64,000 nt of DNA from Calditrichia bacterium (GCA_050633245.1 JBOEGD010000030.1:128001-192000); one strand, 5' to 3'; shown: positions 19,193 to 28,857, numbered from the stretch's first letter. Notes: generated by a model from the sequence alone, not told the origin. Translations and numbers: made by a program.

Positions 19193-20515
19193 ATGTCAAA
19201 AGTCAAAACGTCGCTGGGTATGCGACTGGCCATTATCGGCTTTCTTACCTTTGTACTTCTTATTCCATCCTTTATGGTGATGGGACTAATTTCCGATCGA
19301 CAATCAACCCGATCTCAGGCGATTAGTGAAGTCAGCAGCAAATGGGGACAGAGTCAGCAGATTACCGGTCCGCTGATCAGTATTCCTTATAAAGAGTATT
19401 TGAAAGATCAGAATGATAAAGTCGTCACCGTAATTAAGTACGCTCACTTTTTGCCGGATGAACTCTCAGTAGACAGTGAAGTGGAGCCGGAAGTTCGCTA
19501 TCGCGGTATCTATGAAGTGGTACTTTATCATTCAAGCATCAAGGTGAACGCCGCGTTTAGCTTTCCCGATTTCGAATCGTTGAATATCCCGGAAGATGAC
19601 CTGCTACTGGAGGACGCATTTATTTCACTCGGCATTAGCGACATGAGTGGAATTAACGACCTGATTTATTTTAATTGGAACAGCTCCAAACTTGAAGCAA
19701 GTCCCGGTATTAAAACGAATGACGTGCTTGGCTCGGGAATCAGCTCGCCAATTCCACTTAGTAAAAATGAAAACAGCTATCGCTTTGCCGCGACAATTGA
19801 TTTAAATGGAAGTGAAACGCTTTCGTTTAGTCCCATTGGTAAAGAAACCAAGGCGAAGGTTTCTGCCAATTGGGGGGATCCCAGTTTTACCGGCAACTTT
19901 TTACCCGACAGCCGCGAGATTAACGAAGCAGAAGGAACGTTTTCTGCCGAATGGAAGATTCTGCATCTTAATCGCAACTTTCCACAGCGTTGGGTTGGAA
20001 GCGGGTATAATATTAATTATACCAACTTTGGCGTGAATTTCTTTCAACCGGTCGACCAATATCAACAAACCATGCGCACAGCCAAATATGCCATTATGTT
20101 TATTGCCATGACCTTCCTGGCATTTTTCCTAATCGAGCTGCTGAACAAGAAGGTGCTGCACCCCATTCAGTACTTGCTGATTGGCTTTGCACTTCTGGTT
20201 TTCTACACGCTACTTCTTTCTTTTTCCGAACACATGACCTTTCAAAATGCCTACTGGCTATCCAGCCTTGGGATCATCGGTCTAATTACTGCGTATACAA
20301 GAAGCGTGCTAGGCGATAAACTGCAGACAATCGTTATCGCTGGTGTTCTTTTATTACTTTACGGATATCTTTACATTGTGCTGCAGCTTGAAGATTTTGC
20401 GCTGCTGATGGGTAGCTTAATGTTGTTTATCGTGCTGTCAGTTGTTATGTATTTAACACGAAAGATTGACTGGTTTAATATTATGAAGGCCGATACCGGA
20501 CAGTTTAAGAAGTAA
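19193..20515 (+). CDS. creD: Inner membrane protein CreD
   Basis: W...Q.ITGP, RYRGIY, WGDPSFTGNFLP, RTAKYA, HPIQYLLIG and LLLSFSEH. Confidence 0.92.
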   Translation: MSKVKTSLGMRLAIIGFLTFVLLIPSFMVMGLISDRQSTRSQAISEVSSKWGQSQQITGPLISIPYKEYLKDQNDKVVTVIKYAHFLPDELSVDSEVEPEVRYRGIYEVVLYHSSIKVNAAFSFPDFESLNIPEDDLLLEDAFISLGISDMSGINDLIYFNWNSSKLEASPGIKTNDVLGSGISSPIPLSKNENSYRFAATIDLNGSETLSFSPIGKETKAKVSANWGDPSFTGNFLPDSREINEAEGTFSAEWKILHLNRNFPQRWVGSGYNINYTNFGVNFFQPVDQYQQTMRTAKYAIMFIAMTFLAFFLIELLNKKVLHPIQYLLIGFALLVFYTLLLSFSEHMTFQNAYWLSSLGIIGLITAYTRSVLGDKLQTIVIAGVLLLLYGYLYIVLQLEDFALLMGSLMLFIVLSVVMYLTRKIDWFNIMKADTGQFKK

Positions 20516-20555
20516 TCTGTTGACCTATGGTCTTTAAGCGGGCCTTGTGAAACAG

Positions 20556-20590
20556 GATAGCCCGGGCATTTGCTCGGGCTATCGCTTTTT
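20556..20590 (+). terminator. Rho-independent terminator after creD
   Basis: GATAGCCCGGGC-ATTT-GCTCGGGCTATC hairpin followed by a T-run. Confidence 0.75.
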
Positions 20591-20629
20591 ACTGGATTTT
20601 CAACAGCGGTATAGCTATTGTTAAAAAGT

Positions 20630-21090
20630 ATGAAGAAATTCCTTAAACGAATATTTCAGATCTTGCTGGTATTTCTGAGCATAAATATTATGACATGGTA
20701 TGCGTGGAGACAAGATAGATTTTTCAAGAAAGTTTCTGAGGAGGTTATCGCAACCTTCATTGCATCTGATCTTCCACTGGCAGAAAATACGTTTGCTATA
20801 GCACCGCGAGTTGGCCCCGTGGGCAAGGCTGAGTTTTCTAGTTTCAAACTTTATCGAAAGCAACTCCGTTTCGGATAATAAACCTTAATAGCACTACAGA
20901 ATATCGCGAACACTTTTTACAGGGCTTTAAAGAAGAAGATGGGGACTGGAATTATTACGGAGCAGACATTTACCTGGAATATGACCTTCCGTTATTTGCA
21001 TTTGGAAACGTGGCAATAATGAATAATTGCGGAATAGAAACACGTTTTATATATGTGTGGTGTATTTCTAACTGGATAAGAATTCATTGA
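20630..21090 (+). pseudogene. Frameshifted hypothetical membrane-anchored protein
   Basis: The ORF stops at 20878, but an overlapping frame is open from about 20842 to TGA 21090 (FRIINLN...YVWCISNWIRIH). Confidence 0.55.
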
Positions 21091-21947
21091 GTGAAATGTT
21101 ATCACAAAAAAGCTTAATTTCCCGCCGCGAGTTTCTCAAACGCTCATCGGCCGCAGCAATGTTGTTGGCACTGCACGATACCTCTCTATTTGCTGAAACC
21201 CTACAGCAAGAATCAGAGAGCAAGCCAAACCACCTTATTCGCAGCATGGAACTGCAGACGGTAGCCCCACTTTCAGATCTAAGAACGTTTTACTCCAACA
21301 AACTAGGTTTTTCTATATTAGATGAATCTGACAAGCACCTTACCCTTGCCGGCGGCAAAACCACGATTACCTTTCTGAAAGTCGACACAATCGACTCCTT
21401 TCCCTGGTATCACTTTGCTTTCAATATTCCGCAGAACCAGATTCTTTCCGCACGTGAGTGGCATCTGAAGCGCGGGCCGCTTATTGAAACGCCACCGCAC
21501 CAGCGCGATCCCGATTACCCTAACGATGTCCGCCATTTTCGCCATTGGAACGCGCATTCATTGTTCTTTTGGGATCCTGCGGGCAATCTCGTTGAATACA
21601 TCGCTCGACATGAGCTGGACAATGATTCTGAGAGTGACTTTTCAGTTGGGGATATTCATTACGCCAGTGAGATTGGTTTTATCGTTGAAGATCAGCAGGA
21701 AGCAGCAAGACAGCTGAATAAAGCATTTGGTTTGAGCGCTTATCCAAAAGAAACAAATTTCTGGTGGGCAATGGGAGACGCAGATGGATTACTGCTCTGC
21801 TTGCCGAAAGGGCGTGAATGGGGAGAGTTTGAAGGCAGGACACAAAAATTCTCCGAGTATCCAACCAACGTAACCATCAACGGTTCTACTGAACAAGAGT
21901 TTGCATTTGCAGGTCTTCCGTATAGTGTGAAGGTAGAAAAGGCATGA
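21087..21947 (+). CDS. Tat-exported VOC/glyoxalase-like protein
   Basis: SRREFLK twin-arginine signal; YHFAFNIP and FFWDPAGNLVEYIARH. Confidence 0.85.
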   Translation: MSEMLSQKSLISRREFLKRSSAAAMLLALHDTSLFAETLQQESESKPNHLIRSMELQTVAPLSDLRTFYSNKLGFSILDESDKHLTLAGGKTTITFLKVDTIDSFPWYHFAFNIPQNQILSAREWHLKRGPLIETPPHQRDPDYPNDVRHFRHWNAHSLFFWDPAGNLVEYIARHELDNDSESDFSVGDIHYASEIGFIVEDQQEAARQLNKAFGLSAYPKETNFWWAMGDADGLLLCLPKGREWGEFEGRTQKFSEYPTNVTINGSTEQEFAFAGLPYSVKVEKA

Positions 21948-22549
21948 ATGCCAACAGTCATCTTCACATCTTAATGAACGTGCACAAAATAGGCTTGCCC
22001 ATAACTGGAACGGTTAGCAGAATTATTGAACAACCACACTCAAAGTCACACAATTCACATTTACCGGAATGGGCGAAGCTTCCTGAATTAAAAATTGATG
22101 TCGATTCACCGTTTCATGCGAAACTTCCTGCACATCGCCTCGCCAATACGCCAGAGCAAGCTGGCTCGGTAATTTTACCGAAGGTAGGGGAGAGCATAAT
22201 TACCATCGTTGAAAATTTTGTTAACGATACCCTCATTTTAAGCGCACGGCCAAACGAGCTATCGAAGGAAAGCATCGCCTCCTGGAAACATTATCACGAT
22301 TTCATAAATTATCTGGAGCTCGGTCAGGAAATTGAAGGTACCGTTCTGCGCAGTGAACCATTTGGTTTGTTCATTAATATCAACGGGCCGGGAATGGGAA
22401 TTATTGATGTTGCCCTTATGAAAAACCTGCCCGGAACTCCTTTGCCGGCAAACCCGCAGGGCTGGCCGCAATCGGGTGACAAAATCACCGTCTGCGTAAA
22501 CGGTTTTCGCTTGGGCAACAAACAGGTTGAGGTTGGCTGGGTTAGTTAA
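21944..22549 (+). CDS. S1 RNA-binding-domain-like protein
   Basis: LELGQEIEGTV...PFGLFINI OB-fold signature. Confidence 0.6.
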   Translation: MNANSHLHILMNVHKIGLPITGTVSRIIEQPHSKSHNSHLPEWAKLPELKIDVDSPFHAKLPAHRLANTPEQAGSVILPKVGESIITIVENFVNDTLILSARPNELSKESIASWKHYHDFINYLELGQEIEGTVLRSEPFGLFININGPGMGIIDVALMKNLPGTPLPANPQGWPQSGDKITVCVNGFRLGNKQVEVGWVS

Positions 22550-22806
22550 TTGATGAATTATGATTGATGAATTATGATTGATGAATTATGAATCGACACA
22601 TGTTGCCGTCTGTTGTTTTACGTCCTTTTCCTGCCGTCTGTTATTTCCCGTCTGTTAATTGCACACTTTTCCTACGACGCGAGCATCGCGTCTCTACCAA
22701 ACCCGGGAAACCGTAAACTTGCGTCTTGCGTCTTGCGTCTTGCGTCTTGCGTCTTCCCGATCACCGATCACCGTTCACCGCTCTACAGATCACCTATCAC
22801 CTATTA
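22549..22806. repeat. Compound intergenic repeat island
   Basis: ATTGATGAATTATG x3 (22549-22590), inverted AGACGGCA-type units (about 22603-22655), a GTAG-type REP (22676-22697), TTGCGTC x5 (22719-22753) and degenerate CCGATCA repeats (22757-22806). Confidence 0.85.
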
Positions 22807-22894
22807 CTGTTGCCCGATCTGTCTTCCGTCTTGCGTTTCTGATTCCCGCGTCGTATTTTCGACTGAATTTTGATTGATGGAGAATTTTTGAAAT

Positions 22895-23458
22895 ATGGAC
22901 GTTTATTTAATTCGACACACCACACCTGCTGTTCCACGTGGAACTTGCTATGGCCACTCTGATGTAGAGCTGGCGCGATCGTTCCCGCAGGAACTCACCT
23001 CTATTAAACGGCGACTGGAAATTACTCGCGATTTTACGATTTATTCCAGTCCACTTTCTCGCTGCGCGCGCTTAGCTCAGTTGCTGGCGAAAACTGGTTT
23101 GCAATACGATGATCGTCTGATGGAAATGAACTTTGGCGATTGGGAAATGCAGCAGTGGGACGATTTGGACTCCAAAGAGTTTGCCGCCTGGTCTGCAGAC
23201 TTCTTTAATATCCCGGCTCCAAAAGGCGAATCGTATAAAGATCTTTATGAACGCAGCACCGAGTTTCTGAATGAGCTTCGTGATAAGAAGGATTCGCCGG
23301 TGGCAATTGTTACCCATAGTGGCGTTATTCGCTCGATGATTTGCTATGTTTTGGGCATGCCAAAAGAGAATCTATACAACTTCGACATCATCTACGCCGG
23401 TATCTGCAAACTGTGTTATGAAGACAATCGCTGGCGCATGGTCTACTGCAATTTGTAA
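22895..23458 (+). CDS. cobC: Alpha-ribazole phosphatase / histidine phosphatase
   Basis: YLIRHT, CYGHSDV, YSSPLSRC, DDRLMEMNFGDWE and VTHSGVIR. Confidence 0.8.
   Translation: MDVYLIRHTTPAVPRGTCYGHSDVELARSFPQELTSIKRRLEITRDFTIYSSPLSRCARLAQLLAKTGLQYDDRLMEMNFGDWEMQQWDDLDSKEFAAWSADFFNIPAPKGESYKDLYERSTEFLNELRDKKDSPVAIVTHSGVIRSMICYVLGMPKENLYNFDIIYAGICKLCYEDNRWRMVYCNL
22930..22945. other. parS site within the cobC coding sequence
   Basis: TGTTCCACGTGGAACT, one mismatch to the palindrome TGTTCCACGTGGAACA; encodes VPRGT. Confidence 0.75.
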
Positions 23459-23589
23459 CCCCTCCGAAAAAGTTTAAAAATAGTTAGGTTTTAGCTTTCT
23501 ATTAACGATATTGTCGGCCAATAAATGACTCCGCGACGGATTGATTTCCATCGCGGTTTTATTTTTACCTTTTAATTGGAGACTGAGCC

Positions 23590-24177
23590 ATGACAGTACT
23601 ATCTGCATCCTTGCTGTTAATTCTGGTGATGGATCCGATCGGAAATATTCCTTTCTTCCTCACCACCCTCAAGAACGTTGAACAAAAACGTCAACGCTTC
23701 ATTATTATTCGTGAACACCTTATCGCACTTACGGTATTAGTACTGTTTCTGTTTTTCGGACAGTATATTCTGCAGGTTCTTCAGATTTCTGAACCAGCCC
23801 TTACCGTGGCCGGCGGAATCATTCTTTTCCTGATTGCTCTTCGCATGATTTTTCCGGGATTTAAGAATGGAGATGAAAGTCAAATGGAAGGCGAGCCGTT
23901 TATCGTGCCGTTGGCGATTCCACTTATTGCCGGTCCATCGGCAATGGCATCGGTCATGCTCATTATGAGTCATGATACCGGTCGGTGGGATGAATGGTTA
24001 CTTGCTCTCACTATCGCCTGGTTCACTTCGGGAACAATTCTGTTTCTCGCCAGCTCACTGCGCCGTATTTTGGGAAGCCGTGGACTTGTTGCTATCGAAC
24101 GCCTGATGGGAATGGTTTTGATAACAATTGCTACTCAGATGGTATTGAGCGGTATTCGTAAGTTTATGTTGGAGTAG
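23590..24177 (+). CDS. MarC/YhgN family membrane protein
   Basis: MDPIGNIP, AGGIILFLIA, FIVPLAIPLIAGP and ERLMG. Confidence 0.92.
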   Translation: MTVLSASLLLILVMDPIGNIPFFLTTLKNVEQKRQRFIIIREHLIALTVLVLFLFFGQYILQVLQISEPALTVAGGIILFLIALRMIFPGFKNGDESQMEGEPFIVPLAIPLIAGPSAMASVMLIMSHDTGRWDEWLLALTIAWFTSGTILFLASSLRRILGSRGLVAIERLMGMVLITIATQMVLSGIRKFMLE

Positions 24178-24367
24178 AAGCCGCATCAAAGAATCTACCT
24201 TTCTTACAACCAACCCGCGATTTACGTCGCGGGTTGTGCTATACACACCACACACGATTACCATATTGACATAGAAACGCGGGATTTCCATTGCACCCTC
24301 TTTTGACAAAACATATATTCTGAATAAAGGCAATTGAGGATTTGGGAATGTTATACTTCATTTCGAA

Positions 24368-24906
24368 TGAAAAAGCGAACCAAAATAAATCTGATCTTAA
24401 TTTCATGTTTAGCGATTTTCATAATCTTCTCATTTGAGTTTCTATGTAAACTAGGAATCAAATGCGAAAAATGTAATAAGACTTCCAGCTCAAAAACTGA
24501 ATCAAAAGAGAGCGGCTTTTACATCGCAGACTATGAACCATTATCTAGAACCTTGAAATTATCACATCATGATGAGACTATCGAGTTCTTAGACATTTGG
24601 GCAGAGAATAAATGGTTTATCAACTCTGAGATTTGCCTTTTTAGCCATAAAGAGAAAAGAGATGGATACAATGTAATCTTCGAGTTTCAGAAGTCGAATG
24701 AAAATACATTTTTGTTTTCACTGTCACCTCTTATAAACGGAAAACTTGACAAAACTAATGGTGGAATACAGGAGGACAAGAAAAAAATAAGACTATCAAT
24801 TCTACCAGATACGCTTTGGTTGCAAGTTCACGAAAAGAATCCCCTAAAAGAGATAGGTTGGAGGAATGGAATTGAAGGGCAAAAAGTTGGATTTGTAAAA
24901 AAATGA
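24368..24906 (+). CDS. Hypothetical exported protein
   Basis: N-terminal hydrophobic anchor, AT-rich; ATG 24368. Confidence 0.6.
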
Positions 24907-24957
24907 AAACTCGCAAACCTAATTCTCTTCCAACTTTCCACATTGCAAGCCCCAACT

Positions 24958-25704
24958 ATGACATACGATGATTTCAACTGGCATTACGGTGACGACTTCC
25001 CTGAAGACTCACCAAGCGGATTTGCAGCTACTCATATTGCGCTTTTTCTGAAGTGGTGTATAATAAAAGGATTCGCAAGTGATATTCATAAAAATGAATA
25101 TCCCAAAGACATTGAAGAACTACTAAACGGGACAATGCGCGCTACAGTGTATTTTCTTAAAAACTGTGATGGAAAACTTACGAATGAAGACTTGAACGAT
25201 GAGGGGAATGCTTTTGCTCAACGGTATTATGGCGAGGAAGGACTGTATTTATCAGATTATGTAGAGAACTTTGGTGATTTATTTTATTTGGCACCCGAAA
25301 GGGAACACGACTTCGAAAAGTTCTCTTCTATGTTGGAAGGAAGGGTTCGAAGCGGCATCCTTACTGAATCTGAAATCAGATATGATCTTTTAAGCAGAAT
25401 CAGCTATTTCCTATACGTATTTCTTTTCGGGTCACTCATAATTTGCATTATTGTTTTTGCCGGGATGAAGGGCTATAATTTTTGGCTTTCAACTATACTG
25501 GGTGGAATCGCTCAAACTGTCTTTCGCTTAAGTAAACGAATGTTAAAAAGGGCCAACATAACATCAACTGAAAAGTCAAGCAAAGCAGAAGAACAAATAG
25601 TCTCCTGGTCAGCTCTAAATGTCTTTGTGTTTATTTTTTTATTTATGATGATTGTTTCGGCGTTCTGGTACGGCATCGGAGTGTTGTTAAATCGTATTAT
25701 CTAA
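24958..25704 (+). CDS. Hypothetical protein: acidic immunity-like domain fused to a membrane domain
   Basis: YDD..WHY..DFP...THI..FL.W...CDGKLT.EDLN.EGNAF..RYY domain followed by several TM helices. Confidence 0.6.
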   Translation: MTYDDFNWHYGDDFPEDSPSGFAATHIALFLKWCIIKGFASDIHKNEYPKDIEELLNGTMRATVYFLKNCDGKLTNEDLNDEGNAFAQRYYGEEGLYLSDYVENFGDLFYLAPEREHDFEKFSSMLEGRVRSGILTESEIRYDLLSRISYFLYVFLFGSLIICIIVFAGMKGYNFWLSTILGGIAQTVFRLSKRMLKRANITSTEKSSKAEEQIVSWSALNVFVFIFLFMMIVSAFWYGIGVLLNRII

Positions 25705-25742
25705 CTACATTAATACAAAAAATTCTTCTCAGAACAAGGTTG

Positions 25743-26924
25743 CTACTTCTTTCTCAACCAGCGCGATGGATTCAAAGGCTTATTGGCGCCGTAAATTTCG
25801 AAATGAAGTAAGGCGCCTTCAAGCGAGCCCGAATCACCCACCGAGGCAATCACGTCTCCGGCATTTACCAACTGGTATTTATTGACAAACACTTCATTCA
25901 AATGCGCATACACCGTGTAGTAACCATTATTGTGATCGACAATGACCGTGTTGCCAAATCCGCCCATGTAGGTTATTAGACTCACAACTCCGGAAAAGAC
26001 ACAGCGCACGTCACTTCCTTTTTTACCGCGGATGTCTATTCCATTATTGGTGAGCACCGTTTTTAGCTTGGGGTTTCGAATCTTACCAAAGCCATGCAAA
26101 ACAGAACCGCGTATCGGCCAATTGAGCTTTCCTTTTTGCCCGGCGAAGTTTCCCTTAATCTTATTCCACTGTGCCAGGTCGGAAGAATTCAATTTCCGCG
26201 ATTCGCGATTGTTTTCCAGACTTCCAATGAGGCTTTTAAGCCGAGAAAAACTTCTTTTCTTTTCACTGAGCGCTGCTTCAAGGAGCTGCTTATTTTTACT
26301 GACATTTTTTAATGTGCGCTGACGATCGGAAAGCTTTTTTTTGAGGTCATCGGTCTCATAAGACTTTTCACGCAACAACCGCTTTTGTTCTTTCAGCTCA
26401 ATACTTCTATTTTCCTGCAGCCCAGTCAGTTGCTGCTGACGGTCTGTAAGACGTGAATGGAGACGTTCGACGCCTTCAGATATTTTGCGAAAGTAGCGAT
26501 AGCGTATAAGTGCCTGATTAAAATTCTCAGAACCCAAAATCCAGTCGTATTCGCGACCGCGCTGATATTTGTAGGAGAAGATTGCTTGTTTTGCGAATAT
26601 TTTCTTCAACTCTCCCACCTGACCACTCAAGTCTTCGATCTGGCCATTCAAACGCTTCACTTCACGATCCTTATTCGTCAACTCGCCTCGGATAATACGA
26701 AGTGCCTTTTGCTGAAGCGTCGTTTGCTTATCGAGGTTTTTTATGCGCTCCAGTTCGGAGGTTACGGATTTTTGCGAAGCACGCAACTGTTTCTCTAATG
26801 TTGAGATTTCTGTACGCACTTCGTCGAGCTGACGTTTAGCAGAATCGGCTTTGGGGCCCGCATCCTGAGCCAACATGCCAACTGTAAAAACAAAGAGGAA
26901 GATTTTCAGTATTTTCATAGTCAA
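25743..26924 (-). CDS. envC: Murein hydrolase activator EnvC family (coiled coil plus degenerate M23)
   Basis: Signal peptide, long coiled coil, KGKLNWP, NNGIDI (first Zn-binding His absent), YAHL and LHFEI. Confidence 0.85.
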   Translation of the reverse strand: MTMKILKIFLFVFTVGMLAQDAGPKADSAKRQLDEVRTEISTLEKQLRASQKSVTSELERIKNLDKQTTLQQKALRIIRGELTNKDREVKRLNGQIEDLSGQVGELKKIFAKQAIFSYKYQRGREYDWILGSENFNQALIRYRYFRKISEGVERLHSRLTDRQQQLTGLQENRSIELKEQKRLLREKSYETDDLKKKLSDRQRTLKNVSKNKQLLEAALSEKKRSFSRLKSLIGSLENNRESRKLNSSDLAQWNKIKGNFAGQKGKLNWPIRGSVLHGFGKIRNPKLKTVLTNNGIDIRGKKGSDVRCVFSGVVSLITYMGGFGNTVIVDHNNGYYTVYAHLNEVFVNKYQLVNAGDVIASVGDSGSLEGALLHFEIYGANKPLNPSRWLRKK

Positions 26925-26925
26925 A

Positions 26926-27726
26926 CTACTTTACAAATGAAAGACCAGCCACATGCGTGGCTCCGAGTTCAAAATGATGCTGCAGCGCATAGTTCATCTG
27001 CACCCGCTTAATTTTAACCAGAATTCCGGCTGCGGGTTTCACATCATTCAACAAGACACCGCTAAAGAACGTGAATGATTCGACCGGCGATATTTCCATT
27101 CCCATGGAAACCTCCGGCTGAAAGGCACCATCCTTCTGAACAGCCAGGTAAACAGTGGCATTATCAGCCGGATCATAAGCGCAACCGAAACGAATAATTG
27201 GCGAAAGCTCTTCGCCGAATTTATTGACAGCCGGATGGTTCATATTACTAATCGACCCGCCAAAGCGCAAACATGTGAACACATCGTAAATAAACCCGGC
27301 ATCGAGACTAAAAAGCGAGCTGTTGCCATAGCGCTGCACATCGGTTCTGAGGTAGCGCAAATTCCCCCCGGCATGAATTCCGGATTCCCATGCTCTGGAC
27401 AAATTTGCTGTCAGCATCATTTCCTGATAAAGGCTATGGCCAAAATGCTGAATTGACAATCCAATATTTACCGTCTCATTTGGCAAGATCAACGAGCCGC
27501 CGGAAAGTGGAAGCTCCTTTAAGCCAAATAACCGGGAATGCCAGGTATCGATTATCAAATGTTCTGCATAAGCCGATAGCGCCGGGTTTACTAAAAACTG
27601 TCCCGTTGTCGTTTTACCGGCAATGTTGCTTTCTCTGAGTGCTGCCGAACGCACACCCGGCACGGCGTTGTCTATCGCCGTGCTTACTCCGCTGCATAAA
27701 AAAAGCAGCATAAAAATATATCGCAT
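26926..27726 (-). CDS. Putative outer-membrane beta-barrel protein (PorV/PorQ-like)
   Basis: Signal peptide, NPA motif, alternating beta-strand pattern, C-terminal HFELGATH..GLSF. Confidence 0.6.
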   Translation of the reverse strand: MRYIFMLLFLCSGVSTAIDNAVPGVRSAALRESNIAGKTTTGQFLVNPALSAYAEHLIIDTWHSRLFGLKELPLSGGSLILPNETVNIGLSIQHFGHSLYQEMMLTANLSRAWESGIHAGGNLRYLRTDVQRYGNSSLFSLDAGFIYDVFTCLRFGGSISNMNHPAVNKFGEELSPIIRFGCAYDPADNATVYLAVQKDGAFQPEVSMGMEISPVESFTFFSGVLLNDVKPAAGILVKIKRVQMNYALQHHFELGATHVAGLSFVK

Positions 27727-27730
27727 GATT

Positions 27731-28717
27731 TCACTTATCAGTTATGGAAAACTGGCGGTAGGGGAAAAGCCGGGCAAGAACCTTATCTCGTTCAATCTGC
27801 AGGGCCTGCTCCAGAATTGGCGCTTCGTCCCGCTTATCCAGACGACCACGATTGTATTGCGATAAGTTTTGTCGGGCGAATTCAAGAATCTCCTGCTTCT
27901 GAGATTCGTTCATTTCCTGAAAACGCTCATCATAATAGCGACGTTTATCTTTCGCACCCGCGTGATCGCGCAGAAACTCTTCTCCAAAATTCTGATAATC
28001 AAAAGCACCGGTCGACTTGTTATCGTATTCAAAGATACTTTTTCCCTGTGATGATGCTTCTTTCAGGGAAACTGAATTTCGAATAAAAGAGCGATACAGT
28101 TTATGCGGAAAATTCTTTTCCAGAATTCCCCGCACTTCCTGAGAATGCCGGGTGCGAAAATCGCACATCGTCATTACCACTCCCTTAAGCTTGATGCTAC
28201 GGTTCAACCGACTCTTCACCATTAGAAACGTATCGTAAAGTGGCTTAATCGCCTTCATCGGAAAAAACTCAGGTGAAACGGTCATCAAAAACTCAGTACT
28301 GGTAGCTAGTGCATTGATTGCCAGAATGCCAAGGTTTGGGGGGCAATCGATCAATATAAAGTCGTATTTATTGCGAACCGGTGCCAAAACATCACGCAAA
28401 ATATATTCGCGGTTCATAGACTTATATAATGAGAACTCGACTGAAGTCATCTCAATATTATTGGGGAGGACGTGAAGATTATCATCTCGCTTTAACACCA
28501 CTTCGTCAAAGCTACTTTTGTTCATAAATAGATGCAGAAGGGTTTGCTTCAGATTATCGCTATCGAATCCGAAGTGCTGGGTCATATTTCCCTGCGGATC
28601 CATATCGACAGTCAGAACCTTGTAGCCCTGTCTTGCCAGGTAGCTGGCCGTATTCACCGTAGTGGTGGTTTTAGCGCAGCCGCCCTTTTGAATAATAAAG
28701 GAGACTATCTGCGTCAT
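27731..28717 (-). CDS. ParA/Soj family ATPase with C-terminal extension
   Basis: QKGGCAKTTT deviant Walker A, DMDPQGN, YDFILIDCPPNLG and IRNSVSLKEA; about 75 extra C-terminal residues. Confidence 0.9.
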   Translation of the reverse strand: MTQIVSFIIQKGGCAKTTTTVNTASYLARQGYKVLTVDMDPQGNMTQHFGFDSDNLKQTLLHLFMNKSSFDEVVLKRDDNLHVLPNNIEMTSVEFSLYKSMNREYILRDVLAPVRNKYDFILIDCPPNLGILAINALATSTEFLMTVSPEFFPMKAIKPLYDTFLMVKSRLNRSIKLKGVVMTMCDFRTRHSQEVRGILEKNFPHKLYRSFIRNSVSLKEASSQGKSIFEYDNKSTGAFDYQNFGEEFLRDHAGAKDKRRYYDERFQEMNESQKQEILEFARQNLSQYNRGRLDKRDEAPILEQALQIERDKVLARLFPYRQFSITDK

Positions 28718-28750
28718 GCTTCCCTCTCATCGCATCTACTATTAGATTAG

Positions 28751-28779
28751 ATTATACCGTCAATTTTTTGGTAATGCAA
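28751..28779 (-). promoter_or_regulatory. Sigma70 promoter for the ParA-like operon
   Basis: TTGCAT-N17-TATAAT on the minus strand, about 35 bp upstream of the ATG. Confidence 0.7.
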
Positions 28780-28857
28780 TAATTTTAACCTGCCCGCATT
28801 CTGCTTTCGTCTTTCGCCTCACAAACCAAGAGAGTAAAATATTTATACCCGACACAT

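Noticed and set aside
3-25704. Canonical integron or prophage
   Set aside because: No tyrosine integrase, no intact attC hairpins found by eye and no phage structural genes; kept only as a cassette-like hypothesis.
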